From assembly GCA_048428865.1 (NCBI GenBank), contig DBFOPP010000051.1, positions 1,302 through 65,301 on the forward strand: a stretch of 64,000 bases of DNA. Direction: 5' to 3'. This stretch comes from Collinsella sp. GTDB lineage: Bacteria > Actinomycetota > Coriobacteriia > Coriobacteriales > Coriobacteriaceae. The notes below the pieces were generated by a model. That model was not told the DNA's origin and searched no databases. It worked only from the letters and a program-made list of their open reading frames with translations. The translations under genes and the position numbers were made by a program. Below are positions 9,360-18,022 of the stretch, piece by piece; position 1 is the stretch's first letter, and each line of letters begins with the position of its first letter.

Positions 9360-11342
9360 ATGACCGATAGCATGCAGCAGATGGCGCTCGACACGCTCGG
9401 CGCCTATTTTGGCTACACCTCGTTTCGCCCGGGGCAGGACCGCATGGTCGATGCGATCCTTGCTGGCCGCGACGCGCTGGGCGTTATGCCCACGGGCGCC
9501 GGCAAGTCCATTTGCTACCAGGTGCCCGCGTTCATGCTGCCCGGCATTACCTTTGTGGTGAGTCCGCTGCTGTCGCTTATGGAGGACCAGACCCGTGCGC
9601 TGCTCGCGGCGGGCGCGCGACCCAGCTATCTCAACTCCAGCCTTACTCCGGCCCAGCAAAATACCGTGCTCAAGCGGGCGCGCGAGGGCCGCTACCAGCT
9701 TATGTACGTGGCGCCCGAGCGCCTGCTCGAGCCGCGCTTTCTGGCCTTTGCGCAGGAAGCTGCGGCCGAAGGCGGCATCGGCGTTCCGCTCGTGGCCATT
9801 GACGAGGCCCACTGCGTGAGCCAATGGGGCCAGGATTTCCGCCCCGCCTATCTGCAGATTCGTGAGTTCATCGATTCCCTGCCGCAACGCCCTATCGTGG
9901 CGGCCTTTACCGCCACGGCGACCGAGCGCGTACGCGCGGACATTCAGCAGATGCTCGGCCTGCAAAACCCGGCGACGGTGGTGACGGGCTTCGATCGCAA
10001 GAACCTCTACTTTGGTTGCGAAGAGATGGGCGACAAGGCCAAGACCGCCTGGGTGCGCGACTACGTGATCGCGCATTCGAGCGAGAGCGGCATCGTGTAT
10101 TGCTCGACCCGCAAGACGGTCGATGCGCTGGCAGGCGATCTTGCCGAAGCGCTGGGCCCCAGCGGCATTCGCGTTGGCCGCTACCATGCCGGCATGGGCA
10201 ATGACGCCCGCCGCCAAAGCCAGCGCGCCTTTATCGACGACGACATCCAGGTGATGGTTGCCACCAACGCCTTTGGTATGGGCATCGACAAGCCCAACGT
10301 GCGCTACGTGATTCACAACAACGTGCCCGAGAGCATCGAGGCCTACTACCAGGAGGCGGGCCGCGCCGGCCGCGATGGCGACCCGGCCAGCTGTCACCTG
10401 CTGTGGAACGGAAACGATTTTCGCATGCGTCGCTTTTTGATCGACCGCGGCGATGCTGCCGACGAGGCGCTCGACGACGAGCAGCGCGCGTGGGCGCTCC
10501 AGAATCGATATCGTCTGCTCAGCCAGATGGAGGGCTACTGCAATACCACCGGCTGCCTGCGCGAATACATGTTGCGCTACTTTGGCGACGAGGCCGCGGC
10601 CGAGCATGCGTCAGCGGCTGGTGCGGGCAGCGCCGCCACGGATGACGCCGAGGGCTGCGGCAACTGCAGCAACTGCCTCACACAGTTCGAGGTCGAGGAC
10701 GTCACCGATATGGCCCGCGCCGCTGTGCGCTATGTGGCCACGCGTCCCATGCGTTTTGGCAAGTCGCTGATCGCCGACGTGCTCCACGGCGGCAACACCG
10801 AGCGCATTCGCCAGATGCATCTGGACGAGGACCGCGGCTACGGTGAGCTGTCGAGCGAATCGGTCGGGCGCATCAAGGACATCATCGGCCAGCTGTGCGG
10901 CCGCGGTTATCTGGCCACCTCGCAGGGGCAGTACCCGGTCGTTGGGCTGGGCCCGCGTGCCGGCGAGGTCGAGGATGAGGCGTTCGCCTTTACCGTTAAG
11001 CGTCGCGCGTCCAAGCGCAAGGCCTCGGCCCGCGCCCGCCGCGCGGTGGATCTGCTGCGCGAGGAGGCTGAGCTGGATCAGCGCCCGCGCGTGGGCGACG
11101 ATGCCGAGCTGTTCGAGCGCCTGCGTGCCCTCCGCAAGGAGATTTCGACCGAGCTGGAGATGGCGCCGTACATGGTCTTTTCCGACAAGGCCCTGCGCGG
11201 CCTGTGCCGCCTGCGCCCGCAGACGCGCGACGAGCTGATCCAGGTCAACGGCATTGGCGAGAAAAAGGCCGACGCCTTTGGCGAGCAGTTTATGGCGGCA
11301 ATTGAAGAGTTTGAGTCCGAGCATGCGCGGGATGGAGCGTAA
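9360..11342 (+). CDS. recQ: ATP-dependent DNA helicase RecQ
   Basis: MPTGAGKS, DEAHCVSQWGQDFRP, TATAT, QEAGRAGRDG, Zn-binding CGNCSNC, RQC and HRDC domains. Confidence 0.96.
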   Translation: MTDSMQQMALDTLGAYFGYTSFRPGQDRMVDAILAGRDALGVMPTGAGKSICYQVPAFMLPGITFVVSPLLSLMEDQTRALLAAGARPSYLNSSLTPAQQNTVLKRAREGRYQLMYVAPERLLEPRFLAFAQEAAAEGGIGVPLVAIDEAHCVSQWGQDFRPAYLQIREFIDSLPQRPIVAAFTATATERVRADIQQMLGLQNPATVVTGFDRKNLYFGCEEMGDKAKTAWVRDYVIAHSSESGIVYCSTRKTVDALAGDLAEALGPSGIRVGRYHAGMGNDARRQSQRAFIDDDIQVMVATNAFGMGIDKPNVRYVIHNNVPESIEAYYQEAGRAGRDGDPASCHLLWNGNDFRMRRFLIDRGDAADEALDDEQRAWALQNRYRLLSQMEGYCNTTGCLREYMLRYFGDEAAAEHASAAGAGSAATDDAEGCGNCSNCLTQFEVEDVTDMARAAVRYVATRPMRFGKSLIADVLHGGNTERIRQMHLDEDRGYGELSSESVGRIKDIIGQLCGRGYLATSQGQYPVVGLGPRAGEVEDEAFAFTVKRRASKRKASARARRAVDLLREEAELDQRPRVGDDAELFERLRALRKEISTELEMAPYMVFSDKALRGLCRLRPQTRDELIQVNGIGEKKADAFGEQFMAAIEEFESEHARDGA

Positions 11343-11344
11343 CG

Positions 11345-12100
11345 ATGGTAGCCGATAGCAAGACCGACCGTACTGACGTGTCCGCCGTACCGCTGTACCA
11401 GCAGGTCATGGACGACCTAAAGGGCGAGATCGCGCGCGGTGTGTACCCTGCCGGCTCGCGCATCCCCGCCGAGATGGAGCTCGCGAAGTCCTATGGCGTG
11501 GGGCGCATCACCGTGCGCCGTGCCATCGAGGAGCTGTCGCGTGCGGGGTATCTCAACCGCCAGCAGGGGAGGGGCACCTTTGTGTGTGCGCCCAAGCTCA
11601 AGCGCAAGATTCGCCAGAAGGGTGACGTTCAGAGCTTTACTGAGGGTTGTGCTGCCAACGACATGGTGCCGGGTGCGCGTCTGGTGTCGCGCACGGTGGT
11701 CGCGGCGACGCACGAGGATGCGGCGTTCTTTGGCGTGGAGCCCGGCTGCGAGCTTATCGTCGTCGAACGCGTGCGCACAGCCGACGGCATCCCTGTCATG
11801 CTCGAGAACAACGCCTTTGTGCTCGCCGACCATCCCTACCTGCAGACGCTTGCCGACAAGGACCTCACGGACAATTCCATCTTTGCGCTCGTTGCCGAGC
11901 ATTCGGGTCGCGCGCCGCTCAAGTCCGACCCCTGCACCGTGGAGATTGCGCTTGCCGATGCTCAGGCGGCCCCGCTGTTGGAGGTGCCGGTCGGTGAGCC
12001 GCTCTTCTATATGGAGGCGTACTTTACCGATGAGGACGAGCGGCCCTTGCTGCTCGGCCGCCAAAAGATTGTGGGCTCGCGCTACGTCTTCGACATCTAA
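11345..12100 (+). CDS. GntR/HutC-family regulator with UTRA domain (second paralogue)
   Basis: PLYQQV...IPAEMELAKSYGVGRITVRRA...QGRGTFV; clear paralogue of 8374-9093. Confidence 0.92.
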   Translation: MVADSKTDRTDVSAVPLYQQVMDDLKGEIARGVYPAGSRIPAEMELAKSYGVGRITVRRAIEELSRAGYLNRQQGRGTFVCAPKLKRKIRQKGDVQSFTEGCAANDMVPGARLVSRTVVAATHEDAAFFGVEPGCELIVVERVRTADGIPVMLENNAFVLADHPYLQTLADKDLTDNSIFALVAEHSGRAPLKSDPCTVEIALADAQAAPLLEVPVGEPLFYMEAYFTDEDERPLLLGRQKIVGSRYVFDI

Positions 12101-12109
12101 CATACACAG

Positions 12110-12188
12110 ATAGAACAACATAGAACAAATTTGCCGAGATGACTTCACGGGCGTCGCCGTGCATGTTATAAATAGGACAACATAGAAC
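12110..12188. promoter_or_regulatory. Direct-repeat operator pair upstream of the third SIS gene
   Basis: atagaacaacatagaac (12110-12126) and ataggacaacatagaac (12172-12188). Confidence 0.5.
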
Positions 12189-12244
12189 GACAGCAGGTAC
12201 GAGCCGTCGTCGCTCAAAGCCGCCCCACAAGGAGGAACATCACC

Positions 12245-13213
12245 ATGAACGCACATGATCTGGTTCAGGAAATCATCGAGCGCAAGGGCAAGATTGAGAA
12301 CGTCTTTTGGATCGCCTGCGGCGGTTCGATGATCGACCTCATGCCGGCTAACGAACTGCTCAAGCGCGAGGCCACCACGTTTACCTCGACGGTCTACACG
12401 GCGCGCGAGTTTTGCCTGATGGCTCCCAAGAGTCTTGGTGAGAAGTCGCTCGTCATCGCCTGCAGCCACAGCGGCAACACGCAGGAGGTCGTCGACGGCT
12501 GCGAGATGGCGTTGGCTGCCGGCGCCGAGGTCGTCGCCATGAGCGACTGCGAGGGCTCCAAGATCGACAACGGCAAGTGGACCACCTGGGTCTATCCGTG
12601 GGGCGAAGGCGTGCCGCAGGCCGAGGTCCCGCAGGGCATCGGCGCCCTGATGGCTGCCGAGCTGCTCGACCAGCAGGAGGGTTACGAGGCGCTTGCCGAC
12701 ATGTACGCCGGCCTTAAGCAGATGGATGCCCTGCTGCCCGCTGCTCGCGAGAAGGTCAACGCCGAGCTGGGCGCCCGTTTTGCCGAGCTCTGCCAGCAGC
12801 ATAAGTTCTTCTATATCCTGGGCTCCGGCCCCAACTTTAGCCAGACCTACGCCATGGCGATCTGCTCGCTCATGGAGATGCAATGGCAGCACTGCTGCTA
12901 CATCCACTCCGGCGAGTATTTCCACGGTCCCTTCGAGGCCACCGAGCCCGGCGTGTTCTACTTTGTGCAGCTTGGCGCCGGCGAGTGCCGCCCCATGGAG
13001 GAGCGCGCTCTTGCGTTCCTCAACACGCACACCGATACAGTCATGGTGCTCGACGCGCTTGAGTACGGCGTGGGCGAAGTGCCTGCCAGCGTGCGTTCGT
13101 TCCTGGAGCCGATCTTCTTCTACAACATGAGCTGCGAGCTGCGCGCCGCCCGCGGCAAGGTCTTCGACCACAGCCCCGAGGTTCGTCGCTACATGGGCAT
13201 CGAGCAGTACTAA
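12245..13213 (+). CDS. SIS-domain deglycase (FrlB-like, third paralogue)
   Basis: WIACGGS, SHSGNTQE, MEMQW, HSGEYFHGPFE, RRYMG motifs. Confidence 0.87.
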   Translation: MNAHDLVQEIIERKGKIENVFWIACGGSMIDLMPANELLKREATTFTSTVYTAREFCLMAPKSLGEKSLVIACSHSGNTQEVVDGCEMALAAGAEVVAMSDCEGSKIDNGKWTTWVYPWGEGVPQAEVPQGIGALMAAELLDQQEGYEALADMYAGLKQMDALLPAAREKVNAELGARFAELCQQHKFFYILGSGPNFSQTYAMAICSLMEMQWQHCCYIHSGEYFHGPFEATEPGVFYFVQLGAGECRPMEERALAFLNTHTDTVMVLDALEYGVGEVPASVRSFLEPIFFYNMSCELRAARGKVFDHSPEVRRYMGIEQY

Positions 13214-13295
13214 TATACCGGGAATAACCTCTCACGACGGGGTCTGCGCTGCGCGCGGGCCCCGTTTTGCGTTGTGGCAGCCGGATTCGTGTCTG

Positions 13296-13491
13296 CGCGA
13301 AAACGAAGGTGAATACTTTTCCGCGAAGTGAACGACCTATTTTGGACCCCCGAAGCATCCACACTTTTTGACGCCAAAACTGCAGGGAAAACTCGACGAA
13401 ACCGCAGGAAACGGCGTCTGAAAAGTGTCGATGCTTCGGGGGCTCGTTTTTGCTCGTTCACATCGCGGAAAAGTATTCACCTTCGATTCGC
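13296..13491. repeat. ~190-bp imperfect palindrome (MITE/REPIN-like)
   Basis: Perfect 23-bp IR cgaaggtgaatacttttccgcga (13304-13326) / tcgcggaaaagtattcaccttcg (13463-13485); inner arms ccccgaagcatc/gatgcttcgggg. Confidence 0.85.
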
Positions 13492-13509
13492 AAGGGCACT
13501 GTGCGAGTC

Positions 13510-13551
13510 AAAAAAGCGGGCCGTGCCGGAAATCCCCGGCGCGGCCCGCTT
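13510..13551 (-). terminator. Intrinsic terminator of the ldh-like gene
   Basis: On minus strand: aagcgggccgcgccgg...ccggcacggcccgctttttt. Confidence 0.75.
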
Positions 13552-13592
13552 GGTATCGAGCTTCGATTTGCAAGGTTGCGGCAGCCAGCGGC

Positions 13593-14570
13593 CTACTTTG
13601 CGTTGTAGGCCTCGGCGTCCCACCAGTCGAGCTGGGCGATGTTGTCGCGGATGTGCTGGCAGCTCTTGTGGAAGCCCTCGAGCTCGTACTCGGACAGGTC
13701 GAGCGTATAAACCTCCTCGACGCCCTCGGCGCCGATCACGCACGGCAGGGAGGTAAAGATGCCCTCCTCGCCATACTGGCCGGTCATGAGCGTGGAGGCG
13801 GAGAGCACGGCGTGCTCGTTGTGCAGCACGGCGGCGCAGACGCGCGCGGCGGAGTTGGCGACGGCGTACTCGGTGCACTGCTTGCCCTGGTAGGTCACAT
13901 AGCCGCCCTTGCGCGCGAGCTCCTCGACCTCCATGTGGTCGAAGGCGTACTTGTCGGGGTTCTCGGCCTGGAGCTCGTTGAGGCTCTTACCGGCGATGGT
14001 CGCGGCCTTAAAGGCGGTCAGCTGGCTAAAGCCGTGCTCGCCGATCATGTAGGCGTCGACGGACTTGGGGCTCACGCCGACCTTTTTGGAGATCTCGGTG
14101 CGCAGGCGGGCAGAGTCCAGACCGCAGCCCGAGCCGATGATCTTCTTGGGATCGTAGCCGGTCAGGTGCCACAGCTCGGTGCACACGACGTCGCAGGGGT
14201 TGGAGATGCTCACAAAGATGCCGTCGAAGCCGGCGTCGACGATGCGTTTGGCAAAGGTGCGGGCGGCGTCGGTGGTAAAGAACAGCTCGCCGTCGCGGTT
14301 GCCGGCGGCCAGCGCGACCTTGCCGGCGGCGTTGACGATGACGTCGCAGCAGGCCAGCTCCTCGTAGTGGTCGTAGCAGTTGACAATCTTGGTGTTGTAC
14401 GGGACAAACGAAAGGGAGTCGCGCAGGTCCTGGACCTCGGAAGTCACCTTGGCCTCGTTGATATCGCACAGGTACAGCTCGTCGGCAATGCCCTGCATGA
14501 GCAGGCTGTTGGCGACATGTGCTCCTACGTGGCCCTGGCCGACCACACCGATCTTACGCGTCTGGTACAT
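13593..14570 (-). CDS. L-lactate/L-2-hydroxyacid dehydrogenase family protein
   Basis: GQGHVG Rossmann motif, SNPCD, LDSARLR, IGEHG; start MYQTRKIG at 14570 after RBS gaaagga. Confidence 0.88.
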   Translation of the reverse strand: MYQTRKIGVVGQGHVGAHVANSLLMQGIADELYLCDINEAKVTSEVQDLRDSLSFVPYNTKIVNCYDHYEELACCDVIVNAAGKVALAAGNRDGELFFTTDAARTFAKRIVDAGFDGIFVSISNPCDVVCTELWHLTGYDPKKIIGSGCGLDSARLRTEISKKVGVSPKSVDAYMIGEHGFSQLTAFKAATIAGKSLNELQAENPDKYAFDHMEVEELARKGGYVTYQGKQCTEYAVANSAARVCAAVLHNEHAVLSASTLMTGQYGEEGIFTSLPCVIGAEGVEEVYTLDLSEYELEGFHKSCQHIRDNIAQLDWWDAEAYNAK

Positions 14571-14781
14571 ATATGTATCCTTTCGGCCGAGTTTTTCGCG
14601 TCGAACCATTGTAGCGTCCAGCTGCCACTTTGCTAGACTAAAGCGCCGTAGATTTTTGGGACATGCCTTAATCTCTACTTTTGGAGTGATTTGGGCCGCT
14701 GACGGCATCGCTGGGCGATGTGCTCGCGCGGATAGGGCTGCTCGTTGTACCATAGCTGCAACTGACTCGTAAGGAGCATCC

Positions 14782-15708
14782 ATGCCCATTCGTATTCCCG
14801 ACGCCCTTCCTGCCGCTGCGCAGCTCGAGAGCGAGAACATCTTTGTCATGACGGAGTATCGCGCGCTGCACCAAGACATCCGCCCGCTGCGCGTGCTCAT
14901 CCTCAACCTCATGCCCACCAAGATCGCCACCGAGACGCAAATCATGCGCAAGCTCTCCAACACGCCGCTGCAGGTGGAGGTGGACCTGCTGCGCACCAAG
15001 ACGCACGAGGCCACGCACGTAAGCGCCGGCCACCTGGAGACGTTCTACCGCACGTTCGACGACATCCGCGACATCCACTACGACGGCCTGATTATCACGG
15101 GCGCGCCCGTGGAGCAGATGCCGTTCGAGGAGGTCGACTACTGGCCCGAGCTCTGCCAGATCATGGATTGGTCCACCACGCACGTGCACTCTACGCTGCA
15201 CATTTGTTGGGGCGCGCAGGCCGGCCTGTACCATCATTACGGTATCCAGAAGCACGACCTGCCGGCCAAGGCGAGTGGAGTGTTCGAGCATTATCTGGTG
15301 AAGCCGCAAAGCCCGCTGGTTCGCGGCTTTGACGACCGTTTCTATGCCGTGCATTCGCGCAACACCGATGTGCGCCGCGAGGACGTGGAGGCCGAGCCGC
15401 AGCTTGAGGTCGTGGCCGTGTCCGACGAGGTGGGCCTGTACATCGTCAAGTCGACCGACAGCCGTCGCTTCTTTGTTTTTGGCCATCCCGAGTACGATAC
15501 CGATACGCTGCGCCTGGAGTACGAGCGCGACGTGAAGCGCGGCCTCAACCCTCAGGTGCCGGCGCATTACTTCCCAGGTGACGACCCCACCGCCGAGCCG
15601 CGCAACGTCTGGCGCAGCCAGGCTCAGTTGCTCTATACCAACTGGCTCAACTACTACGTCTACCAGACCACGCCCTACGACCTAGCCCGTGCCGGCGAGG
15701 AGCACTAG
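14782..15708 (+). CDS. metA: Homoserine O-acyltransferase, MetA family (probably acetyl-specific)
   Basis: [22 protein letters not shown] catalytic Cys, [14 protein letters not shown]. Confidence 0.95.
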   Translation: MPIRIPDALPAAAQLESENIFVMTEYRALHQDIRPLRVLILNLMPTKIATETQIMRKLSNTPLQVEVDLLRTKTHEATHVSAGHLETFYRTFDDIRDIHYDGLIITGAPVEQMPFEEVDYWPELCQIMDWSTTHVHSTLHICWGAQAGLYHHYGIQKHDLPAKASGVFEHYLVKPQSPLVRGFDDRFYAVHSRNTDVRREDVEAEPQLEVVAVSDEVGLYIVKSTDSRRFFVFGHPEYDTDTLRLEYERDVKRGLNPQVPAHYFPGDDPTAEPRNVWRSQAQLLYTNWLNYYVYQTTPYDLARAGEEH

Positions 15709-15736
15709 GCTACGGCTGCTGCTGTGCCGGCGGCGT

Positions 15737-15856
15737 GACGAGCGTGGATATCCGGACGGACGAGCGTGGATTTTCGGACATTTACAAATCGAGCGTGGAT
15801 AATCTCCCACTTTTGGCTTGAAACTAGGCTCAAAACGGGAGATTATCCACGCTCAT
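15737..15856 (+). repeat. GAGCGTGGA-family palindromic element, copy B
   Basis: Two short gacgagcgtggat units, then hairpin gagcgtggataatctccc...gggagattatccacgctc. Confidence 0.88.
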
Positions 15857-16064
15857 TTTTTAGGCATGTAGATGCCGATGGCTCGGCTAAGCGACGGTGC
15901 GTGCAGAGGCAAAGTCGCATTTGGCGTAGTCTTGAATCTCGACGGGTTTTTCTTTCTGATAATCCGATGGACCAAGGCCTCAAAATGTGGAGACAGGGAC
16001 CTCTCGACAACCGCCCTACCTGCAGATATAAGACATCAGCCTAAAACGTCCAAAACCGTCAAGC

Positions 16065-16096
16065 ATTTGGTCAGCGCCTGGTCGGTATTTGGTCAG
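16065..16096. promoter_or_regulatory. TGGTC x3 array with 11-bp period
   Basis: tggtcag (16068), tggtcgg (16079), tggtcag (16090). Confidence 0.4.
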
Positions 16097-16151
16097 ACTT
16101 CGCATGAAACCGTCTGGTACGTTTGCGCCGTTCCAAGATTTGGGAGGCGAC

Positions 16152-17114
16152 ATGGGAAACATGACGGCGAATCAAAGGCTTGCAAGTCACATTAAAGCAT
16201 GCGAACAGCAGATGAGCTGCGTGTACGCGCGCACGGCGGCGGAGGCAAAGCAGATTCAGCGGCGGGCGGAGGCGGGAAGTCTCGAAGCGGTCATGCCGGG
16301 GCTGTATGCGCGTCCGGAATACTGGTCCGAGCTCAAGTTTCGGCAGCGTTATCTGCATCGGGTGCGGGCGCTTGCGCAAAAGCACCCCGACTGGACATTT
16401 TGCTCCTATACAGCGGCTGTTATCTATGGCTTTTCGGTTTCGCATGCCAATTTGACGCACATCCATATCGCCGCGATGCCGGCCCAATCGACGACGCCGG
16501 GCTCTCAGGTCATTCGTCATCGCTATGCTCGTCAAACACGGGCCACCCAGATGGATATCGCCGTAACCGATATCGATCAAACGATTACGGATTGCTTGGT
16601 CGATGCATCGTTTGTCGAGGGACTGATCATCGCGGATTCGGCGCTCCATGAGCAACTTTTTTCGAAGGAGCATCTCGTTGAGACTGTCGACAAGCTTGGC
16701 CTGAATCGTCGCGGTGTTGTGACGGCGCGCAGGGTTGCACGATGTGCCGATGGGCTGTCGGAAAGCGGCGGCGAGTCCAAGGCGCGTGCCCTGATGATCG
16801 AGCGCGGCTGGCAGACGCCGGAGTTGCAAGTTGAGCTGTTCGACCCGGTTGAGCCGGGACGACCGTATCGCGTCGACTACTTGTGGCGCGTGGGCGACCG
16901 GCTGATTATCGGGGAGTTCGACGGATTTGTTAAAAGCGAGAAGGCGGCGGAGGAGGGCAAGCTCGCGAAGACGCAGTTCGATGAGCGCCAGCGCGAGTCG
17001 AGGCTTTCGCTGCTTGATAACTGCAAGATCGTGCGCTTGTGCTGGGATGATCTAAGGGATCCGACAAAGTTCGATCGCAAGCTCAAGGTCGCCGGCGTGC
17101 CGCGTGCGTGCTGA
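16152..17114 (+). CDS. AbiEi-like protein with C-terminal Vsr/DUF559-like (PD-(D/E)XK) nuclease domain
   Basis: PGLYA N-terminal motif, CSYTAAVIYG, SESGGESKAR, PELQV, RVDYLW, GEFDG, ERQRE; architecture of the actinobacterial AbiEi-DUF559 family. Confidence 0.75.
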   Translation: MGNMTANQRLASHIKACEQQMSCVYARTAAEAKQIQRRAEAGSLEAVMPGLYARPEYWSELKFRQRYLHRVRALAQKHPDWTFCSYTAAVIYGFSVSHANLTHIHIAAMPAQSTTPGSQVIRHRYARQTRATQMDIAVTDIDQTITDCLVDASFVEGLIIADSALHEQLFSKEHLVETVDKLGLNRRGVVTARRVARCADGLSESGGESKARALMIERGWQTPELQVELFDPVEPGRPYRVDYLWRVGDRLIIGEFDGFVKSEKAAEEGKLAKTQFDERQRESRLSLLDNCKIVRLCWDDLRDPTKFDRKLKVAGVPRAC

Positions 17115-17140
17115 GGCAGTTGCAGAGCGTTTGGCTGCAC

Positions 17141-17257
17141 AAGCGTGGAAAATCGGACGGACGAGCGTGGATTTTCGGACGCTTGTTGAATGAGCGTGGA
17201 TAATCTCCCGTTTTTAGCTCGTAAGGGGGCTCAAAGTGGGAGATTTTCCACGCTCAT
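17141..17257 (+). repeat. GAGCGTGGA-family palindromic element, copy C
   Basis: Same architecture and orientation as copy B: aagcgtggaaaatcggacggacgagcgtggattttcggac...tgagcgtggataatctccc...gggagattttccacgctcat. Confidence 0.88.
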
Positions 17258-17281
17258 CTTGCGGGTGCGATACAGCGGCGG

Positions 17282-17878
17282 CTAGGCGCTGACGATGTGG
17301 GACAGCGGCAGGTCGTGCGCATCGGTGGGAACGTGGTCGACGCGTTGCTCGTCAAAGGCGATGCCGACGACCTGGCATGTTGCCGAAAGCGTGGGCAGGT
17401 AGCGGTCGTAACAGCCGCCGCCGTAGCCCAGGCGCGCGCCGGTGCGGTCGAAAGCCACGAGTGGCACGATAATCATGTCGAGAGCCTTGGCGGGCACGAT
17501 GGGGAAGTGGTCGCTGTCGACGTCCGTGGCTGCGAGGGCTCGCGTAGGGTGGGCGATAAACGGGGCCTCGGACGCATCGCCGGCAGAGACTGCCCGCATG
17601 CACATGCGCTGGCCACAAGCCATGGCGTCTGTTGCCGAGAGCATGCACGGATAGGCCACGCGCCAGCCGCGTTTGGCGGCCGCAGCGGCAAACGCGGCTG
17701 GGTCGACCTCGGAACCCATGGCGGCATAGACGGCAACGGTGCGCGGTGCCGCGGCACCCAAGCGATCCAGCAGCTCAACAAGCCGCGCGCATACAACAGC
17801 AGACTTCGCCGCCCGCACATCCAAATCAATAGCATCGCGCCGGGTAATCACCGCTCGCCGCAACTCAGCCTTATCCAT
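17282..17878 (-). CDS. 5-formyltetrahydrofolate cyclo-ligase
   Basis: MDKAELRR, GSEVD, IVPLVAFD..GARLGYGGGCYDRYL, HDLPL. Confidence 0.93.
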   Translation of the reverse strand: MDKAELRRAVITRRDAIDLDVRAAKSAVVCARLVELLDRLGAAAPRTVAVYAAMGSEVDPAAFAAAAAKRGWRVAYPCMLSATDAMACGQRMCMRAVSAGDASEAPFIAHPTRALAATDVDSDHFPIVPAKALDMIIVPLVAFDRTGARLGYGGGCYDRYLPTLSATCQVVGIAFDEQRVDHVPTDAHDLPLSHIVSA

Positions 17879-17908
17879 CCCGGCCCCATCTCCCAAACCT
17901 TCTAAAAA

Positions 17909-17948
17909 GGGACAGGTTTATTTTGGCAGGTTTTATCTGGGCAAACGC
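17909..17948 (+). repeat. GGGACAGGTTTATTTTGG repeat, copy 3
   Basis: 40 bp identical to 7055-7094. Confidence 0.85.
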
Positions 17949-17977
17949 GATATGGGCAGAAAGCCACCGCAAATATG

Positions 17978-18014
17978 CCTGTGAACTGCGCCCTTTGAGT
18001 TGTTTGGGCTTATG
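17978..18014 (+). repeat. Left direct repeat flanking hicAB
   Basis: cctgtgaactgcgccc-tttgagttgtttgggct matches 18721-18755. Confidence 0.75.
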
Positions 18015-18022
18015 CGTTAATG

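Noticed and set aside
11417..13171. Long antisense ORFs (this one and e.g. 9207-10607, 22078-23826, 51969-53567, 53916-56675)
   Set aside because: Shadow frames of well-supported genes, expected in high-GC DNA; no motifs
13328..13756. Small ORFs over the 13296-13491 palindrome
   Set aside because: Mirror-image peptides on both strands arise from the inverted repeat itself
15737..15856. GAGCGTGGA units as a CRISPR array
   Set aside because: Units are short, irregularly spaced and partly inverted; no constant repeat-spacer period and no cas genes
16152..17114. Complete type IV AbiE toxin-antitoxin system
   Set aside because: No AbiEii nucleotidyltransferase gene is adjacent
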